A DNA stretch of 63,247 bases, filler included. It is 5 parts of 5 records of this genome, joined end to end, with 100 filler letters (N's around TTAATTAATTAA, not from the genome) between each part and the next. Parts side by side here need not be neighbours in the genome. Positions count along the whole stretch, not along the records: positions 58,712 to 63,247 come from SRR20825010_2211; 4 more parts are not named here. One strand, given 5' to 3'. Of the stretch, positions 58,612 to 63,247 are shown in pieces (within the stretch, counting starts at the first letter, position 1; the number at the start of each line of letters is the position of its first letter). A program made the position numbers and the translations under genes. The notes beneath the pieces are model-generated. The model did not search any database, was not told where the DNA came from, and saw only the letters and a program-made list of their open reading frames with translations.

Positions 58612-58711
58612 NNNNNNNNNNNNNNNNNNNNNNNNNNNNNNNNNNNNNNNNNNNNTTAATTAATTAANNNNNNNNNNNNNNNNNNNNNNNNNNNNNNNNN
58701 NNNNNNNNNNN
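58612..58711. other. Artificial contig spacer
   Basis: 44 N + TTAATTAATTAA + 44 N. Confidence 0.98.
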
Positions 58712-58713
58712 CG

Positions 58714-60030
58714 GATCTGCCTGCCTCACATCATAAAATCATCACCTGCACGCCAGGCAGCGGTCGCTCAATCCACTATTGTGCCGAGCAGATTATCCGC
58801 GAATTTGCCACCCAGGCATTCCGGCGTCCGGTCAGCAGGGAAGAAGTTGCTCCCGTTGTAGATCTGGTCGAAGCACGCGTGAAGTCGGGGCGTACCTTCG
58901 AGCAGGGAATTCAGGTGGGCGTACAGGCGATTCTGGTTTCCCCCCACTTTCTGTTTCGCATTGAAGGTCTACAGGACCCAGGCAGTACAAGTGACAGTCA
59001 AACCATCGCTCAATACGAAATAGCTTCCCGGCTCTCCTACTTCCTGTGGAGCAGCATGCCGGACCAGACTTTGTTCGATCTGGCAGCCCAGGGACGACTG
59101 CATGACCGGCGTACCCTGCAGGTGCAGGTCAAACGCATGCTGGATGATCCCAGGTCAGAAGCATTCGTCAAAAACTTTGCCGGTCAGTGGCTGAATCTGC
59201 GAAACCTGGATGATCTGACACCTGATCCACGAAAATTTCGCGTATTTAATTCCCAGTTGAAGGCAGACATGCGTCGCGAAACGGAAGAGTTTTTCAGCTA
59301 TATCATGAAAGAAGACCGGAGTGTGATTGAATTCATCAACGCCGATTACACTTTCATGAATGAGAATCTGGCGAAGTTTTACGGGAACGACAAAATCAAA
59401 GGGGAAAAATTCCAGAAAGTCAGCCTCGATAAATCGAAACGGGCCGGTCTGATCACTCAGGCAAGCATCCTGACTTTGACATCTAACCCGGGACGGACCT
59501 CTCCTGTCAAACGGGGAAAATGGATCATGGAAAATATTCTGGGCACACCACCCCCTGCACCGCCGCCTAATGTACCTGAGCTGGAAGAGGCAGCTGGCGC
59601 GAAACCGAATGCCACGTTACGCGAGCAGCTGGCTTTGCACCGCAAGATCGCCGGTTGTGCGGCCTGTCACGATCAAATGGATCCTTTAGGGCTGGGTTTC
59701 GAAAACTTCGATGCCATTGGTCGCTGGAGAGAGAAAGAAGGAAAGCATAAAATCGATTCTTCTGGTCAATTACCCAGTGGTCAGGCTTTTAAGAGTCCCG
59801 TAGAATTAATCGAAATTCTGGAAGAGCAGAAACAGGGATTTTGTCGATCTTTAGCAGAGAAGATGCTGACTTACGCCATTGGTCGTGGTGTCGAATACTA
59901 TGACAAGTGTGCGCTGGATGAAATCACCAACAACTTTACTACCAGAGGTTATCGCTTTTCGGCGCTCGTCACCGAAATTGTCACAAGCGATCCCTTCCTG
60001 AAACGTCAACGAGGTTCTCACAATGACTAA
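58714..60030 (+). CDS. DUF1595/DUF1592/DUF1588/DUF1585 multidomain protein, 5'-truncated
   Basis: Frame open from the contig start; AFRRP, LVSPHFLFR, ASRLSYFLWSSMPD, TSPVKRGKWI, CAACH and DPLGLGFENFDAIGRWR. Confidence 0.88.
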   Translation, partial: DLPASHHKIITCTPGSGRSIHYCAEQIIREFATQAFRRPVSREEVAPVVDLVEARVKSGRTFEQGIQVGVQAILVSPHFLFRIEGLQDPGSTSDSQTIAQYEIASRLSYFLWSSMPDQTLFDLAAQGRLHDRRTLQVQVKRMLDDPRSEAFVKNFAGQWLNLRNLDDLTPDPRKFRVFNSQLKADMRRETEEFFSYIMKEDRSVIEFINADYTFMNENLAKFYGNDKIKGEKFQKVSLDKSKRAGLITQASILTLTSNPGRTSPVKRGKWIMENILGTPPPAPPPNVPELEEAAGAKPNATLREQLALHRKIAGCAACHDQMDPLGLGFENFDAIGRWREKEGKHKIDSSGQLPSGQAFKSPVELIEILEEQKQGFCRSLAEKMLTYAIGRGVEYYDKCALDEITNNFTTRGYRFSALVTEIVTSDPFLKRQRGSHND

Positions 60031-61366
60031 TCTCCTGAAACGCCGTACATTCCTGCAAGGGCTTGGAACAACGATGGCACTGCCATTGCTGGACATCATG
60101 CAGCCTCAGTTGAATCTGGCTGCCGCTGCTCCTGCTGCGGCGAAAGCTCCCGTCAGAACCGCTTTCATCTTCTTCCCGAACGGGGTGATTGGTCCGTCCT
60201 GGTATCCCACATCGACGGGTCAGAACTATGAGATGCCGAAAACACTCAAACCTCTGGAAAGTCTGAAGTCGGATATCAACGTAATTTCCGGTTTGGCCCA
60301 GATCAATGCCCGCGCACTCGGAGATGGAGCTGGCGACCATGCCCGCTGTGCTTCCGTGTATCTCACCAGTGCCCACCCGACAAAAACCAGCGGTGCCGAC
60401 ATTAAAGCCGGTGTCTCTGTTGACCAGGTTGCCGCGCAGCAGATAGGACATCTGACTCGACTGCCTTCGCTGGAACTGGGTATGACACGCGGCCGAAATG
60501 CCGGACAATGCGACTCTGGTTACAGCTGTGCTTACTCGTCCAATATTTCCTGGCGGACTCCTTCTACGCCAACTGCAAAAGAGATTGTTCCCAAACTGGC
60601 ATTCGAACGCCTGTTTGGCGGTGGCGCTGAACGGGAAAAACAGCGTGCCCGCCATCTGAAAGACCGCCAGAGTATTCTGGACCTGGTCAAACAGGATGCA
60701 GATCAGTTGAAGAAACAGCTGGGGCGCAATGACCAACGCAAGATCGACGAATATTTTACGAGCGTGCGCGAAATAGAGCAGCGGATTGAACGCAGTACCC
60801 ATCAGGAAAAAATCAAACCGCCGGAAATGCAACTGCCGGACGGTATTCCCAGTGAGTTTCAGGAACACATCCGCCTGATGTACGACCTGCTGATTCTGGC
60901 CTTCCAGACCGATACCACACGTGTCGCCACGTTCATGGTTGGCAATGCCGGCAGCAACCTGACCTTCCCGATGGTCGGAGTGAATTCAGGGCACCACGAA
61001 CTGTCACACCATCGCAATGATGAAAAGAAGATGGCCGACATTCAAAAAATTGATGAGTACCTGACTTCGCAGTTTGCCTACTTCCTGAATCGTCTCAAAG
61101 CGACGCCAGAAGGAAACAGTAACCTGCTGGATAACTCGATGATCTGTTATGGCAGTGCCATCGGCGATGGTAACCGCCACAGCCACCACGATCTGCCAAT
61201 CATTCTGGCCGGTAAAGGTGGTGGTACAATCAAGACCGGTTTCCATCATCAGGTCAAAACGGAAACACCGTTGAGCAACCTGTTCGTCTCCATGCTGGAC
61301 CGGGCTGGAGCCCCTGTAACGTCATTTGGCGACAGCACAGGCCGCTTGTCGATCATCGATTCCTGA
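60023..61366 (+). CDS. DUF1552 domain protein with Tat-like signal
   Basis: KRRTFLQGLG...LPLL, SVDQVAA, AFERLF, AFQTDTTRV, HHELSHH and GNRH; overlaps the upstream gene. Confidence 0.9.
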   Translation: MTNLLKRRTFLQGLGTTMALPLLDIMQPQLNLAAAAPAAAKAPVRTAFIFFPNGVIGPSWYPTSTGQNYEMPKTLKPLESLKSDINVISGLAQINARALGDGAGDHARCASVYLTSAHPTKTSGADIKAGVSVDQVAAQQIGHLTRLPSLELGMTRGRNAGQCDSGYSCAYSSNISWRTPSTPTAKEIVPKLAFERLFGGGAEREKQRARHLKDRQSILDLVKQDADQLKKQLGRNDQRKIDEYFTSVREIEQRIERSTHQEKIKPPEMQLPDGIPSEFQEHIRLMYDLLILAFQTDTTRVATFMVGNAGSNLTFPMVGVNSGHHELSHHRNDEKKMADIQKIDEYLTSQFAYFLNRLKATPEGNSNLLDNSMICYGSAIGDGNRHSHHDLPIILAGKGGGTIKTGFHHQVKTETPLSNLFVSMLDRAGAPVTSFGDSTGRLSIIDS

Positions 61367-61398
61367 TACAGGGTTGAAATCATCAATTACCACATTTT

Positions 61399-61430
61399 CA
61401 GGCTGCTGACCGCATGAGGTGAGCAGCCTG
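61399..61430 (+). terminator. Stem-loop after the DUF1552 gene
   Basis: CAGGCTGCT...AGCAGCCTG 9-bp arms about 30 nt after the stop. Confidence 0.55.
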
Positions 61431-61535
61431 TATGCATTTAATATTCATATAGACACAGTCTTCTATCTGGCCTACCATGCTCGGCTATCAGCGTCTGGCT
61501 TACTGAACTTTCCCTCTCCTGAACGTGCACCCGGC

Positions 61536-62213
61536 ATGGAAACCTCACTGCATCGTCAATTGAAATCGTACTATGCACCGAATAGCGAGTGTGAAGAAAT
61601 CACGCTGGGTTCATACCGGATTGACGCCATTGATGGCGACCGACTGATTGAAATTCAGCATGGCTCACTGGGAGCGATTCGCGACAAGGTCCGCTGCCTG
61701 CTGGAAGACTATGACGTGCATGTCGTCAAACCGATTGCGATCCGGAAATATCTGATTAAGCGACAGAAGAAGAATGGTGAGCCGATTTCTGCCCGCTTCA
61801 GTCCCCGTCGTGGCTCTGTGTTTGATCTGTTTGAAGACATGGTACATTTCACGAATGTGTTCCCGCATCCACGTCTGACGCTGGAAGTGGCGCTCACCAT
61901 TCAGGAGGAGCACCGGATTGCAAGAAAGCCCCGCCGCTGGAAGGGCAAAGATTACCGGGTGACCGATCGAGTACTGCGATCAGTAGAGGACCAGATTGCG
62001 TTCAACACGGCGGCTGACCTGCTCAATTTAATCCCGGGAAAGCTCCCTGCTCCCTTTCAGACCAAAGATCTGGCCAAAGCAGCTGGCATCCCTCGCTGGC
62101 TGGCACAGAAGATGGCGTACTGTCTGCGAAATACCGGCGCAATCAAGCTGGTGGGAAAAGAGAAAAACGCGTTGCTGTATGAAGTTGCTGAGGGAACTCA
62201 GGCAGCGGCCTGA
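61536..62213 (+). CDS. Hypothetical protein, PD-(D/E)XK nuclease-like with possible C-terminal HTH
   Basis: METSLHRQLK...E......RIDA......IEIQ pattern; C-terminal FQTKDLAKAAGIPRWLAQKMAYCLR. Confidence 0.6.
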   Translation: METSLHRQLKSYYAPNSECEEITLGSYRIDAIDGDRLIEIQHGSLGAIRDKVRCLLEDYDVHVVKPIAIRKYLIKRQKKNGEPISARFSPRRGSVFDLFEDMVHFTNVFPHPRLTLEVALTIQEEHRIARKPRRWKGKDYRVTDRVLRSVEDQIAFNTAADLLNLIPGKLPAPFQTKDLAKAAGIPRWLAQKMAYCLRNTGAIKLVGKEKNALLYEVAEGTQAAA

Positions 62214-62219
62214 GAAAAG

Positions 62220-62409
62220 GGAAACTCCCGAAATAGAAAATTGTGAGCTTCAATCACAATAAATTTGACTACCAACCAACTTACTCAAAATCCGTACAGA
62301 GCCATCAAGTCCTAGGCTGCCGCTGACACTTACTGGCCATTATTCTCGGCAGTCAAAACAACCCAAGTCGCCATCCGTATTGGCACAAGCGGTGATTTCG
62401 GGAGTTTCC
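62220..62409. mobile_element. 190-bp MITE-like element or internally deleted IS
   Basis: Perfect 15-bp terminal inverted repeats GGAAACTCCCGAAAT (62220-62234) and ATTTCGGGAGTTTCC (62395-62409); no transposase ORF and no clear target duplication. Confidence 0.6.
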
Positions 62410-62414
62410 TCATT

Positions 62415-62456
62415 TAATTTTCACAGCGTTCCGAATAATTTTCACAGCGTTCCGAA
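62415..62456. repeat. Perfect 21-bp tandem duplication
   Basis: TAATTTTCACAGCGTTCCGAA occurs twice in tandem. Confidence 0.9.
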
Positions 62457-62960
62457 ACAGGGTCTGTTTCAACACACCTGCCAAACCATCGCAATGAAGA
62501 TAGAAACTGCCCCTGGATATTTTTGATCGAGGATCAAATACCAACAGGAAGAACAATCTAATTGCGAAGAGTGGTTTCAACATCTTTGATGGTATTGATG
62601 CAGATTTCGAAAAAGAAACTGATCTAACCACGATGTTTATTCAGGTTGTGACTGGAAACAGTCCAAGTCGGAGTGGCAAAAGTTAAACTTAAAAATGCAC
62701 TGAAATGTTGAAGTCATGATTCCTGGCTCATATGAATTCCAGTTTGATCACTTCAATAAACCAGAGCTATTTCTCAGATTAACTTTTCTACTCAGAGAGT
62801 CAACATAGATGCGAAGAAAAAGCGCACGAAAAATAAATTCGTTTTTTTCAGCGGTGATAACTTACCGAACATTGACATTCACACTGAAAATGCAGTCAGG
62901 AAAGCAGGAAGTTTTTTATCGGTCATTCCGTTAAAAAACGGAGCCGTCCAGCATTGAATT

Positions 62961-63247
62961 TTACAGCACTCCCTTGGACGAAGGAACTCCCTGCTGACGT
63001 GGATCAATGGTAACTGCCTGCCTGAGAGCCCGTGCGGTTCCCTTAAACAAGCCTTCGGAAATATGGTGACTGTTAGCGCCATGATGCAGAACCTGATGCA
63101 GGTTTAACAAACCATTCGAGGCAAACGCCTGCCAGAATTCGCGCACGAGTTCCGTGTCGAACTGACCAATTTTTTCTGTGGGAAATTCGACATCAAACAC
63201 AAACCAGGAGCGACCGCTTAAATCGAGAGCCGTCGTGACCAGAGTTT
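62961..63247 (-). CDS. hisB: Imidazoleglycerol-phosphate dehydratase, C-terminal part (window edge)
   Basis: [29 protein letters not shown] and VPSSKGVL. Confidence 0.93.
   Translation of the reverse strand, partial: TLVTTALDLSGRSWFVFDVEFPTEKIGQFDTELVREFWQAFASNGLLNLHQVLHHGANSHHISEGLFKGTARALRQAVTIDPRQQGVPSSKGVL

Noticed and set aside
59981..60868. 295-aa ORF antisense to DUF1552
   Set aside because: Shadow ORF with no independent evidence.

Overview
This window is not one continuous replicon. It is five contigs joined by artificial 100-nt spacers (44 N + TTAATTAATTAA + 44 N) at 28217-28316, 34871-34970, 48638-48737 and 58612-58711, and the contigs appear to come from at least three organisms. 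Taxonomy is inferred from gene content only. Contig 1 (1-28216) looks alphaproteobacterial. It carries an MDR oxidoreductase, a solitary MmeI-like Type IIL restriction-modification gene with an AT-richer specificity region, a probably iron-regulated PepSY-TM operon, and an RND/MFP plus LytS/LytTR module. It also carries a lower-GC glycan-modification island (two clear GTs and one GT-like ORF, UDP-GlcA decarboxylase, three methyltransferases, and a sulfotransferase broken by an in-frame TAG) and the zapB-like-zapA-[inserted GSCFA gene pair]-6S RNA-ygfA-ymdB block next to tkt. Contigs 2-4 look betaproteobacterial (Burkholderiales-like). They hold ilvA, ttcA, folB, coaX, birA, accC and prmA, a cueR-copA/copZ locus with twin CueR-type promoters, an alkyl sulfatase, and a BVMO/esterase pair. 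They also hold a wHTH-TPR regulator with OsmC and a hydrolase, and an MNT antitoxin-like gene with a four-site operator array and a 37-codon partner remnant. Contig 5 looks planctomycete-like: a DUF1592-type/DUF1552 pair, a nuclease-like ORF, a 190-bp MITE-like element and partial hisB. No CRISPR array, tRNA or rRNA was recognised. Family assignments come from motifs recognised by eye; no database search was run.
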